Shown piece after piece: positions 25,875-38,659 of a DNA stretch of 64,000 nt. This stretch comes from Microbotryum violaceum (Eukaryota). The position numbers were made by a program, and so were the translations under genes. The stretch spans positions 558,001-622,000 of the forward strand of contig CDLV01000018.1 of the NCBI GenBank assembly GCA_001244265.2. Reading direction: 5' to 3'. The notes under the pieces are model-generated. The model had not been told where the DNA came from. It did not search any database and saw only the letters and a program-made list of their open reading frames with translations. Every line of letters begins with the position of its first letter. Position 1 is the stretch's first letter.

Positions 25875-26245
25875 GGCGGAAGGCGATGACTGGTTGACTT
25901 CGTCGACGTGAAGGGATGGGCAAGCAAGATGAACGATCGACCGACTCGGAGTTGTACCGCGAAGCACGGCCGAAAATAAGCGGCTTATGTTAGCGGCGTA
26001 GGGATCGTGTCTAACCAGGCATAGATTGTGGAACAACTATGCCGATTGTAGAGAAACCCAGCTGCTGTTCAGCACATAATGTTTCGTGGCATCGAACTGG
26101 GAGAAATAGATCTCCCACTGCATGGAGTATCCTTGAAGGTGTTCCGAAGAGGCAGCAACAAGCGAAAAGTATACAGGGGCAGATTACGGCGAATTCTGAG
26201 TTTTATTCTAGTCAAAATATCTACGCGAACATTCCAGTCTCCGCC

Positions 26246-28175
26246 TCACAACGTCGTGCCCTCTAGCGTCGCAGCCAAGTCCTTGATGGGAGCCCCTGGC
26301 ACCTCCTTCGCCGCCTCAAGTGCCGCAGGGGCAGCAGAGCCATTCTCCTTCACGCCATTCGCCTCCAACTTCTCATCAGCGCCATTCCCCTCGTTCTGCT
26401 TCCCCTCCTCTTCCACATACTTGGCCCCCTTCCGAGCTCCTCGACCATTCATCCCCTCACCTTCACCCGCCGGCCTGCCCGTGCCCAAGATGGTCAACCC
26501 CTCCTTCTCCCTGTACCTCAACGGAGCCCTCGGCAATTTCTCCCCATCCTTAAGTTCCAGGAGAGCTATCGCCTCGGCGTCGAGATTAGGCCTATCGTCG
26601 TATTCGAAATCCAAAGTACCGCCATAACGTTTTGGGATGTTCTCGGGGAGGATGTAACGTGATAAAGTGGGGAAGACCTCAGCTTCGGTGAGGATATGCA
26701 TCTGTCAAAGTCGGATGTTGGAAGGAAGGATGGACTCATTGAGCCTGAGGCAGTCTACGAGCGTAAATACAGCGTTCATCAGAGTGAGTTGCCTCACCTT
26801 CTCCACGGTTCCCTGATCGAAACCTTTCTGGATCCAACCCCAAACGGTGGCAAAGAACCCCGGTGCGCCGACGAGGTACATGTGGCCCAGCAACTCGGGG
26901 TAGTTGGCCGTCTGCATCTGGGTAGCCATTTGCAAGTGGGTGCGCAAGGACCAGAATTTTGAAAGTGAGACGTTCGAGATGTCGATGACTTTAGGGCGGA
27001 ATACGTAGCAGGAAGGTTTGAGGCTGGGTGAGCAAAACTGGAACAAAGAAGAACGAAAGTGGTTGTTGAGCAGCAAACTGAGGCTTGACTAACTCGATGT
27101 GACAGAATCGACAGGGACTTCGAGATGTTCTCGGGGGAGCGCATTGCAGAACGGCACCAAGAACTCGGGTAAAGTCTGTTTACGCATTATGGGAATCAGG
27201 AAACTCGCAAACACAGTCAGTGCTGAAGACCAGATGTGGTGAATGGGAAAAGAGACGTACCTCGGACAAAGCGATCAATCTCGGCGCGACACGATCGGCT
27301 TTTTTGGAGTACTCGTTGATGCGCTCTTTCGACAGCTCACTGAGCCTGTACATCACCAAGGGTTGACCCGCAATTGTTCTTCGGCCTGTAGAGCTCGAAA
27401 GTACAATCGGTCAGATGAAAGGACCTCAAAGATGATACAATTTCGACGCGGCGCCAAAGATTTCGGACATACCGGTCCACTGTGAATAGACGAGCTGGCC
27501 GGTTCTGAACTCGTCGACGTTGAAGTTTCTGTACAAGTCGTCGACCTTTTCGTTTTTGCGCCATTTCTCGGACGCAACAAATTGGTTATAGGCTCCCTCA
27601 ACTTGGAACTTGCGCGCTCGGAGGAAGCGGCTGTTAGGAGGGGCGGAAGGCAAGGTGCCAGGGTTAGAGAGCGGATGGAAGCGGTGACGGGGTCAGCTTC
27701 TCGATTATTCAAGGGGACGGTTTGGTGGCCGCATTGCTTCGATCCCTTCAAACCAAGCTCTCGGGTTCGTTGAACTCGGATTAGGATCGTATAGCCCCTC
27801 CAGCTTCACCCCTTGGGGAATTCGCAAAGGGCTCCGGGCCATTTGACACGTCACCCAACTCGCGCCGATCCATAACCGGGTCACCGAATGACAACGACTC
27901 ACACGATCGTCGCCTCAGTATGCGACGCCTCCTTCCCGTCTTCAGCCGGGGTATAGTAGCCCCCATCTTGTAGACGTTGCTTGAATTCATCAAAGGCCGT
28001 CGTCTGCGCTTCGGTGAGGTGGCCTATCCGACCGGAGAGCTGTGTGAACGAGACGGCACGAACCGTGCGCACAAGTTGCGCGATCAGCAAGGCGCGGAGG
28101 TTTAGCTGCCGTTATGGGGGTCCGTGTAGTAGGCGCAGTGGAGCTTACATTGATAACGGGAGAGATGGCAGTCAT
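26246..28175 (-). CDS. CRAL-TRIO (Sec14-like) lipid-binding protein, copy B
   Basis: GRIGHLTEAQTTAFDEFKQ, RFLRARKFQVEGA, IDISNVSLSKFWSLRTHLQ, NYPELLGHMYLVGAPGFFATVWGWI and IPKRYGG. Intron layout matches copy A. Confidence 0.93.
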
Positions 28176-28671
28176 ATTGGGTGATGGTCTTTGAAGTCGA
28201 CGAACGGATGGGTCAAAAGCGCAAGGCAGAAGTGCAAGTGAAACCACTAGCCGACCAGATGGGGAAAGGGGTGAGAGAGATGGCAATGAATGATCGAAGC
28301 GGTCGCCGATCACTCCGGCGAGCTATGGCGATCTGCCAGGCGCCCCGAACCCCGGGGTCTCGACCTCACAGGTTCCCGCCTCCTCCGTCTCCACCTCTAT
28401 TCGCGTCTTCATCGAAAGCGCAGGCCGCAGCTCGAAGCGGAGTGACAATTTTGTGAAACATGTGCCTCTTCATTATATCCCAACCGCATACATCTAGAAT
28501 ATCTGTATTCCTGCTTGCAGATTCGAAACAGTTCGGCCACCCCACCCCCCCCTCACGGTTAATGAATTAACCTCATCGCTCGCTACGTCACCTGCCTGGG
28601 AAGCGCAAAATTTCTTCTGAATTCACATTTTGTGTACTTAGCGAACCGAATAAATAGCCGAAAACCAGTCC

Positions 28672-29852
28672 TCATTCCCAAGCATCCTCATTCAGCCAAT
28701 GACTCAGGGTCGGGGCGATCGGTTCCCCACTCGAGCCGCCATCGAGCAGACTTTGCGAACCCTCCTCGATCTCGACCTTGACCAATCTCGGTTCATTCTC
28801 GTCCTGGGAATCTGAATCCAGCTTGAATGTTCCTGCCGAAGGGAGCAAGACATGGGAAGGCAAAATATGACCATCCCATATCCTTTTCGTCCGTTCGAGC
28901 AGCGGTATCGAAGGTGTGAGAGGGACGACGATGAGTGATTGCGAGGTCGAGTTCTCGACCGATGTCGACGAGGTGGAAGACGATGTTATCCGGGATGTTC
29001 TTGAGAATCCAGGTATGGAAGAGTAGTAGTCGTCGGAGGAACAGACGCATGCGTCCTCGGAGCAGGTGCAGGAGCTCGACAGGGACGTTGAAGAGGAGAA
29101 GGGGGAATCCGAGCGCGAGGAAGAGGGCTCGTCTCGGTCGGAAAGGGTAGCCGAGGTCGACGAGGGCGAATAGCGATGAAAGGACGCTTTTGAGGCAACT
29201 GTGAAGTCATCAAATGTCGTAGATTCCTTGAGTTCAGGTGAGGCTCGGGCCGTCTGGATCACGTTTGACCGCGAGAATCGAGGAAAGAACTGACCTCCTT
29301 GACGACTGGCGGTGATTCTCGCGTGCGCCAACTTGACGGCCGAACAACACCAACTATTGGAAAGGGAGAGATCCCCTTGCCCATCTTGCCACCCGATGTA
29401 GAAGGGACCGAATTGAGGCGAGCTGGTTCGAGCTTGTCTTTGTTCGAAGGGGCTCAAGTTTGAGGGTCGTGCACAGGCCATCGGCGGTGGTGAGGAGAAG
29501 CCCCTGGTGAGGCACGCAGATTCGCGAGGGGGTCGTGCGGTCACGGTCGACGCGACGACGGTCCGGCCTGTTCACGTAACAAAGCGAGACGTGCTCCGGG
29601 TCAGCAGGGCAAGTGCGTGAGAACCGGATACGGTACAAAGTTTAGCTCACCCGTCGATACGTCTGAAGAGCTACTCGTTGAGGCCAATACATTGGCTACC
29701 AACACCGTCTCGTCGGCGCTGGCGTCGGCTGGTCTCGATCGAGCACGTGAAGTCGGCATCGAAGCCGTGGCGCTCTGCCCCGACGCTGTCCGGCGATTCG
29801 GCGTCCATCGCGCACGACTCCTCTTCTTCGTCCTCGAGGTCGTGGTCGCCAT
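28672..29852 (-). CDS. Hypothetical Ser-rich protein (probably 2 or more exons)
   Basis: Exon MATTTSRTKKRSR... ends at a GTGAG donor near 29650. It is followed by a 290-codon ORF ending LSHWLNEDAWE. No family recognised. Confidence 0.55.
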
Positions 29853-30924
29853 GATTCGGGGTTCAAAGGTTGTAAGATTCCGAGATGAGATAGTAGTGCG
29901 AGGAAAAAAGGGCGGGATGAAAGCGGTAAAGTTAAGCGCAAGAAGAGGCCTCGACTTGAGGCTGTTGGCCTCGGCGCTTGGACCACTTATATTTGGTGCG
30001 CGGCGGCGAGCTGTATAGCCGAGGCTCGTGAAGCGTGAAGATTGGATCGGCGCAATCGGGAAGCGATCTCGATCGCAGTGACTCGTGGACAGGGGGCATG
30101 TTCCGATCGATGAGATACCTGCACGAAGTTTTGAAATGATGTCATTTCGGCAGCTCTGAGACGATGTTCCACTCTTAAAAAGATGTCGAATTTACGTCCT
30201 TGAAGCGGCGGACTGGGGAATTGAAAACTTCCAGGCCAGGGCACGAGTAACTTTGGTGTTCGTCATCGGGCATGACTCATGAGACTCCCTGAAGGAGGAC
30301 CATGCATCTCGCTCACAGTGGTACAAAGTCCCTTCCTGATTTTCCGTCCTCTCGACCAATGATTCTTCTACGGCGATCAATTCTGCATCAACTCATCCAA
30401 GGTTCTCGAGGTCCGGGATCGTCGAAAATCTTCACCAGTCGCTTAGTAACCCGGTCGAATCGTCGGTCTCGACTTTATATCCACGAATGGACGATCAGCA
30501 AAGTTAGCCGGCCATCCCGAGTGATGGAGGTTGGACGAAGCTTGTTCGGTGCAAGAGACGTGATGTTCGATGCTTTTCGGCTTGAATGGTAAGCTGCCGG
30601 TGATGGTCCCTCGGTCAAACTTGTCGGGAGCAAATTATTTTGCGAGAGCGGCCAGCGATTACACGATTGGCGAATAAAGACAAGGCATTGTGGTATGCAG
30701 TATTCAGGACTATGATAGGTTTTCCGCCAACTTTGGAGGCATCTCACGGCTCAGCTGCGGGCATGGGTCGAGATGAGAGTCGCAGCAAAGGGCGTAGCCG
30801 CTGTTACGAGGCTATTCCTGAAGCGGTCCGAGCGCAACGAGCCACCGCGTAACGTGCCACTCGCGTCTCTGTCCTCGTCGATTTCACCCTCCGCTCACCC
30901 AAGCCCAAACCCCACTAGCTCACA

Positions 30925-31929
30925 ATGTCTTTCCTCTCCACCGCCCGACAACCCGCATTCCGATCGTTCTCGACAACACGGGTTGCTTTGCAGTCGTCGT
31001 CGTCGTCGTCATCGTCATCGGATGCACCTGTTGCGCCGGCGTCCAACACGGCCGTCGCACCGGTTCGAGCCCCGGGAGCGGTCGCCCAGGCGGGTGTCGT
31101 CAGTGGTGTACCTGGTACGTGATTGGGAAACATCTACGCTGAAATGTTAGGGTGATGTGGGTGCAGTTGAGGTACCTCATATGACCAGGCTCACGATTGG
31201 GGTAGCCAACTGGCTCACCTCCGCATCCGTCCCTTCCCTACATCGCCACCTACATCCAATCCTTCCACCCACAAACCTATACTGACCCTTAACTCATCTC
31301 GCATTACAGACGAAGTGCACCACCGCTCCGTGCGCATCTTTCGCCCTTCGCCGCCGTCGTCCCAATCCGCCAAGGCGACCTCACATCACTGGCGCATCGA
31401 CTGGGACATCCTTCAGGGTGCTGGGCGGTGGGAGAACCCTTTGATGGGGTGGGCTAGCACGTGAGTTGTCGGAGGTGAATTACGGGCAGCGTGGAAGAAG
31501 CGGTTTGGCCAAGGCGGGGGGGTGTAGATAGGGAAGGGTCCACGTCGTTGAGGACCCGCCGGGGAAAGCACCTACTACACCATGTACAGATAGGAACTCA
31601 CGCACTTTATAATGCTCCCCATTAGTGCCGACTACCTCCAAGGCACGCACCTCAAATTCAACACCAAGGACGCAGCGATCCATTTCTGCGAGAAGCAAGG
31701 CTACCAGTACTTTGTTCAGGAGCCGCAGCAGGCCAAATTCAAGCCCAAGTCGTATGCCTCGTACGTTCTTCCATCCTCAAGTTGAGAAAAGGGGTTTGGG
31801 ACGAGCGGTGGGAAGGAGTGATTGAATGGCAAGAAAAGAGTTGCTTACTTTTTCACATCTTCGTGTTCCTCTCGCGACAGGAACTACAACTATTCGGCCA
31901 AGCCGTTAAGGATTGCGCACACCAAGTAG
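30925..31929 (+). CDS. NDUFS4: NADH:ubiquinone oxidoreductase subunit NDUFS4 (4 exons)
   Basis: Mitochondrial presequence, then GVVSGVPDEVHHRSVRIFRP..SQS..WRIDWD, RWENPLMGWAS, ADYLQG.HLKF..K..AIHFCEKQGY and KSYASNY..PLRIAHTK. Confidence 0.96.
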
Positions 31930-32321
31930 AGGTGCGATGGCGAACACGTTAGATGGATGAGCGAGATTGGCATTGCAGACGTCCTCTTTATGTAATTTTT
32001 TCTTTTGGTGGTTTGAAACGAAGCGAGGTCTGGGTACGACGACAAAGTCATTCGAGGCTCGGAAGAGGGATCGGCGAGAGGGAGGGGAGGGTAGAATGGG
32101 AGAGTGCTCTGAGAGGAGCGGTACATTGTGGTATTACAGGTGTTTGAGCAGCAGCAGATACAGGAGCAAGCGGAGGTGAGAACGACTTTGTCCAAGGAGG
32201 TCGGGCCCCAGTAAGGGGAAGAAAGCCAAAAAGGCAAGAAGGCAAGAAACGTGGCCAAGTCAAGCTGAAGAAGGGATTGAGAGAATTGTAGGGGTACGAG
32301 GGCGGATCGAAGAAGCAAGGT

Positions 32322-33307
32322 CTATGAAGGCTGGAGAGAATTTTGTTGTTGAGCGCCGTTACTGTTGAGCATGACGTTCGAGTGTAGGTGGTCTCCTCCT
32401 CCGAGGAAAGGCTGAAACCCATTCACGGCTGACCACGTCCACAGCTCTTGTTGCTGAGCTTGAGCCAACCTCGCATGAACCGGTGGGAAGTGCTGATGAT
32501 TCGGTTGGTAGACAGGTGGGTGCAGTTCCGGAGTACCATCGTGGTAGAAATGAGGCGGATCAAGCGGCGCATCATCAAAAAGTTGAAGAGGGTCCTGAGG
32601 AGGCCCTTGATTCGGATCAAAGAGACGGTGGTTGTAGTAGACTTGCGGGTAGGGGGACATGTGGGGGAAGGTCGCGAGTTCGTAGGATGGGCTGGCGGTA
32701 TAGGAGCGGAAGGAGGGGCAGTAATTGCTCAGAGGGGAACCTAGCGGGTTGGAACCGGTGGGGAGGCTGGGAGCAGTTGGCTTGGGGGTGTGAGAGGAGA
32801 AGGAGGCTGTACGATAGGGAGGTCAGAGTCAGTGGGAGGTTCAAGGGTTCAACGAAAGAGCGCATAACTCTCACCGATAGGGAACTTGTACCCTCCCGAT
32901 TCGCACAGAGTTGACCAAACCGAACGCCACTTGTGCTTGGCCTGCTTCATAGCCACCTTGCTCCTGTCAACCGTACCCGCCTCGCTCGCCGAATTTTCAC
33001 TCCTTTTGGTGATCGAGTCTCCATCTTTGACCACACGACTATGACGACGTCTCCAACCAAGCACTTGAGCGAGAACGCACAAGCCAACAAGGAAGAGCAC
33101 GACCAAGACCCCACTGATGGCAAGGATCAAAGGGATGCGATGTGAGGTCGTCGAGCGAGGGGCCAGGTTGGAAGCATGTAGCTGAGTGACCGTAGAGTCC
33201 GAGGAGGCCGAGTTGGAGGTGTAGTCGTTGTCGGGGTCCGCGAAGGGGGTACGTTGGGTGTTGTGATCCGAAGGACGGAACTGGGTAGGTGCTTGCGAGG
33301 AGTCCAT
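32322..33307 (-). CDS. Hypothetical single-pass membrane protein (2 exons; intron about 32742-32874)
   Basis: Hydrophobic IPLILAISGVLVVLFLVGLCVLAQVLG followed by basic WRRRH. A GTGAG...TAG intron joins it in frame to the P/Q/H-rich ORF 32322-32660. Confidence 0.6.
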
Positions 33308-33985
33308 TTCTGGGGAGGGGAGTTCATAGGGGGTCAGAGACGGCCTCGGACTCAGCGCGCGCGCGCGAAAACTCTGCCTCGGAGAACGCGTTGACTCTGA
33401 CTGACCTGCTGGACGGAAACGCTCACGATTCCAGACAATCAGATGCACCAAGTCCAAGAGTGGACGGAGAGGGAGAAGAAGACCTTGGAAGGAGATCGTT
33501 CTGACCTTTTGAACGAGACGTATGGTCGTACCGTCGTCGGTCCCCTCAATCGGTGCACTGTGCAAAACTCGATGTGAACCGCGCGTGGCCCGGTGCTCGT
33601 GCGCGGCCGCCGATCGGAGCCTTGATCGGCGGCCGGGACTCGGAACGGCCCGTGCGATCGAACACTACTTTTGAGGCTTGACGTGCTGAACCTGGGCCTG
33701 ATATGTATTGAGAAAAGTGATGAGCACATCTTCCAGCTAATTTCCTTGCTTCACTGAATGTTCACGTTCGTGCTCCTTGCAACACGAGCAAATTGCCAGA
33801 CAGGTCGCACTCAGCCGGTTAGGCACGTGGTTGAGACCGGTGCATCCCGGCGGCTCGATGTGTCTCGGGGATCGGCGAGCATCCGCGCGATCGACTCGAC
33901 GGCGGTTGCACTACGGGTTGCACTTCAGTCGTGTGCGTTTGGCTCTTCCCACACACATCCCAACCTTCTCCCTTTCATATCAGTC

Positions 33986-36240
33986 ATGGCACAAGTTCAA
34001 GAAGAACACAAAGACGATACCTCCGCCTCTCCTCCCGCGGGATTGATCGGTCGTTCGTTGGCGACGCTCTCAGTCGCGTAAGTCGTTCCCACCCTCGGCT
34101 AGCTCGGGGGCTAGCTTCGGGGCTCGAGAGTCGAGTGGCCCCAACTTGAATTCAGAAGCTGACGCATGCAATGGTGATTTCGTACAGATGGAAACAACGC
34201 GCTCTGGTACAGACTGCGTTGGTCACGACGGCGAGGTTTTATACCATTGGAGGTGAGTCGCAGTCGTCGCCGGCTTTGTTGGGGTAGAATTCGAGCTCCG
34301 CGACTTGGAGGAGCCTGAGCAGACATCACCCGTGTGGGCGGTCCGCGGCGTTCGCTCGCACCTTTCTCGGAAGAACACACTCGGCAATTGGTCGCTAGGA
34401 GTCGGCTCTGGGGAATGTCGATTTTTGCGGGATCTGACATACCTCAGCTACCTACCGGCATTGGTGTGAAGTATATGTTGTGAATCTGTGCTATATCTGA
34501 CTCCACTCCACCACATGCTTTCTTTGCAGGCGGCCACGAGGCATGGGATCTGCGCACCGCCATCTTCACCGGCATCGCTCGAGCCGTCTCGAAGGAATCG
34601 AGGAAAAGGCAAGACCCCAATGCCGTTATCGATGCCGCAAAGGTTTGTTTTCTCATAATCACACGGTTGTATTGCGCTTCATATCTCGCAAACTCACCTT
34701 TAATGCCTTCACTTTTGGCGTGAGACAGGAGACGCAATCCCTACGCAAGAGGCTCGTCGTGCTCGAGATGAAGAACCCAAAGTTCGGCGCGTGCGTTGAA
34801 ATTAAGATTCCCGTCAAACCCAAGCGAGGGCTGGGTGGGATCTTGGAGTTGCTTGATCAGGAAGAAGAGGTGGGGAGAGAGATTCCGGTGAGTTTAAGAG
34901 TCTGGGAATGTAAGTCGTACAGTTCGCATAAGTCGGATGCTAACGGGTTGTTGCTGGTTAGGCTGAATGGCAACTACACAAAGATGTCAAGGGCAAGGCG
35001 AACGAAAGAGTGCTGCTCTATCTCCATGGTGGTGGATACACTCGTAGGTCTCCAATGTGATGTCCGTCACCTCATCTGCGTGTGCTAACTTCGTCTCATC
35101 CTCTCACGCCAGTCCTCAGCCCAAGGACTCAACGACCAATCTCGCTTCTCCTCTCTCAGGAGCTCGGCTGTCGCGTGCTGTGTAAGTTGCACTGTCCCCT
35201 ATCTCAAGTTTGAAAGGCGTCTCTGATCAATGTGTATACTGTCCGTAGCTGTCGACTACCGACTCGCTCCAGAAACCGTCTTCCCTGGCGCTCTTTACGA
35301 TGCCGTGACCTCGTACCTCTACCTGACCGAAGAGCTCAAGGTTTCACCTTCCAACGTCCTCATCGGCGGTGATAGTGCTGGTGCTGGACTGTGCCTCTCG
35401 TTGATGCTCTACCTCCGCGATACCAAGATGAATCAAGTAGCAGGTGCTATCCTCTTGTCCCCGTTCTGCGATATCACTCATTCGTTGCGCTCCTGGGAGT
35501 CGAATGGGGTAGGTCCAAGCACCCCTGCGCATGTTCTTGGTCTGGGTGAAACTAACCATTCCACTTTTATCCAGCACCTCGACTACCTCAGCCTCCCTGT
35601 CGACCCCTCCCCCTTGACCCCAGCCAAACTCTACGCACCCTCCAACGCTCTGCACCCCTACGTCACCTCCGTCTTGGCAGACCACAAAAACCTCCCGCCT
35701 CTCCTTCTTCAAGCCGGAGGCGCCGAAACCCTACGCGACGAAGTGACGCTCTTGGCCCATCGTGCCGATCGTGCGGGCGTCGATGTGACGCATGAGATTT
35801 ATGATTCGGGGGTGCACGTGACGCATATTTTCTTTGAAGGAGAATTGGCGAGGGTTTGTAGGAAACAGGTCGGGGTTTGGGCTCAGAAGGTTCAGGGGCC
35901 GGATAAGTTGAAGAACAGGAGCGAGGGGTGGAGTGAGGTCGATGCGTTGTTCGGATCGGAATGGAAGAGATTGGAAGCAAACGCGAATAAAGGTGGTGAG
36001 AACAAGAGTGGTGGAGCCGAGAAGGAGAAGGCGACTCCTCAACCGGCGTTCATTTTCGAACCTGTTGTTCAAGAAGCGCCCCAAGTTCAACTGCTCCAGA
36101 CCGCGAACGAGGAGGTTGTTAAAGCTGTCGAGGAGGACGCCGAGTACAAACCTAGGAAAGGCTTGACGACGATTTTTGTCCCCAAGAGGAACCCCAAGGC
36201 GGGGCTGGTGGGTAAAGTCCGAGGGGTGTTGCATTTGTGA
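33986..36240 (+). CDS. Alpha/beta hydrolase, HSL/GDXG esterase-lipase family, multi-exon
   Basis: LLYLHGGGY near 35010, VDYRLAPE, GDSAG nucleophile elbow, LPPLLLQAGGAETLRDE and HV catalytic His region. Confidence 0.92.
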
Positions 36241-38659
36241 GCAAGTGGAGTATCCGTGGGAGTAATGTCGTATCGTTTGGAGAAAGTACTTTCTTGTGGT
36301 GAAACGAAGACTGGTTGATTATCGATTATCGAACAGAAAATCATGACAGATGTTATCGAACAAAAGGCTATGACAGATGGATAGGCGACTACTAGGAACT
36401 GCGACATACCCCCCCGAGGTGACTGGTAACATCCTCAAGCTGTGTCACACAAGCTCCGAACCTCCAAACAGAATAGAGTAACCTCGCACTGCGGTACTCA
36501 GGATCCCGTCGGAAGCAGCGGGTGTAGCGCGCCGGGTTCAGGAGTCATTTCGGTTGTAGCAGAGCCGAGTTTCGTTTCCAATTGTCAAGGTCACCACCGG
36601 TTCGGGCAGGATCAAAACACCGCTTTCGGCAGATTTTTCAACGATAAAGCGGCCCCGGGTAAAAACTCAGTACTTCGGTGACTCAAGGATTGACTGTCAG
36701 CGAGGAATCATGTGGCAGGATTTGGATGGAAGACCGGGCCGGATACGCGGATGAAGGAGTGAAGGGGAATGAAAGGAGCGCAGTGGTTTGAATGGTCGGA
36801 ACGTCTGAGGGGAGTTTGCTTCTTGTTTCCAGCGAGACCACTTCCCGGATCCAATACAGAATCTTGCCCGGCTCTCACTTTCTGCGTGTTTCAAGTCTCG
36901 TTCGGCGTCGTCTCCAGTCTCCAGTCTCAGTGTTTCGTTCTCGTACTCGGCCTTGTTTTCTCGTTTCTGCTCCGCCCCTTTCCCTTCCCCGTCTCTCCGC
37001 CGTTCCGGTTGCTCTCTTCCTCGTCTCTCGTCTCCCTCGCTTTCGGTCTCAGTCTCATCTTCTCCCTTATCTTTCCATATCATCGTTGATCGACCGCTTT
37101 GCTATACCATAGCACACCTCACGAGCTCTCAGACTTCTCGCCCAGACCTCTCGCGGGGGTGGATTGGGTGTTGATGCTGGTCCCGGTAGTGTGCTGGGAG
37201 TTGAAGTAGGCTTCAGATCTGGATTCGAATCTGATTCTCGCAGGACGTCCGCCCATCAAAAGGTCCGGTCTTCAGCCCGAGGACCTGGACCGGCACCGGG
37301 GCCGTCCCAACTTTCAAGCCGGGTCGAGACCAAGAGTCCGTGGAACTCCGAGAAGCCACCCTTGCCGGGCCAATGGCAAGAGAGGTGCCGTCAGTTGGGG
37401 GCGAGCAGGCGAGCCGGCGCGACGGTGAAACAGGAGGTTCGCGAGTGGTTCCCAGGGTGCAGAGGCGGCAGGGCCAGGAAGATGCGTAATGAGGGCTTGC
37501 GCCTGGGTCACTACGTAGCAAGGTGTTTATCACATTGTAGAGTAATTTTTTTCAGTTCCTTACCTAGCTGAATCGTGTACGCGCTTTGAGACTTTCTTTA
37601 AATGGCCTTCCTTCGGAACCGCCGCCACGCATAGTCACCACCGACGATCCTCAGAAAATCACACGCGCGCCGTCTCCGGATTCCGACGCCCAAACACGCT
37701 GATCTTTACACCTGAACAGGACATGCAGTGGTAGCATAAGCTTGAGAGCACTGTGGGAAAAAATCAACATCAAGGAAGCTCCAATGACGACCGTCGCGGC
37801 GAGTTTCGGGGGGAACCCGACGGTGACACTGATCTTGCAGCTCCCGTGCTCGCGATACGTTGGCCTTCGGACAGCGCTAGCTCGGCCAATACGGGCCCAA
37901 ATGAACTGGGGAAAATACCGTTGGGCTTCTCAGAGCTTGTTGTACATGAAACTATGAGTTCAGTCGCAATTTTTTTCGCACATTTGTTTTTGTTTTTGTA
38001 GAACTCGTTCATCATATTGCCCCCAATTCCTGTTCCCCCTAATTGGCCTACGGAAAAACTAGATGGAAGTCGACGATGATAACACAAACCGCCCGCAAGA
38101 TGCGAGAAACGGGCCGGTGTCCACCAATCCGATACTTGGGATTCAAGTGCCCCAGCCAAGCGGTTGCTCCCCCCCCCCCCCCCCCAGGAGACGAATGAGA
38201 GAGAGAAGGAGAGAGAGAGAGAAAGAGAAAAGAGTAATAAAACAATTTACTAAGCGACAAGAGGCCCGCCCCGCCGTCACTTCCCAACTCGGTCGAGACA
38301 AAGACAGGAGATCGACTGCGCAACTACCCTGACCCGCGAAGTCCTAAGTCTATGCTCGGTCACAACAAGACGCGGTGGAGGCCCCTCAAAACCTCCACCT
38401 CAGCAGTCCCTGGTCCCTCAAAGCCGACTTTCTGCCTGTGTCTGCTGATCCCTCCCTTGACTCAGAACCCCGAAGCCAAAGAGCGCGAGTCACCGTCGAG
38501 TCAATCTCAAATCGCGAGCCGGTCCATGAGCAACGAAGGCAGACCTGTAATAGATGAAAGATGAAAGCAAGATATTTAGTATACAGTGTTTTGTTGGAAG
38601 ATGAAGCGTGATGGTGTGTGTGTGTGTGGGGTGTGGTGGGGGGAAATCGAACCCAGCCT

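Noticed and set aside
31215-31540. Complementary segments in the NDUFS4 introns flanking exon 2 (CCCTTCCCTA/TAGGGAAGGG)
   Set aside because: Matches are 7-10 nt, low complexity and not all in antiparallel order, so chance is plausible.
36697-37112. Overlapping 100-130 aa ORFs in a CT-rich tract
   Set aside because: Low-complexity sequence lacking stops in several frames, with no coding signature.
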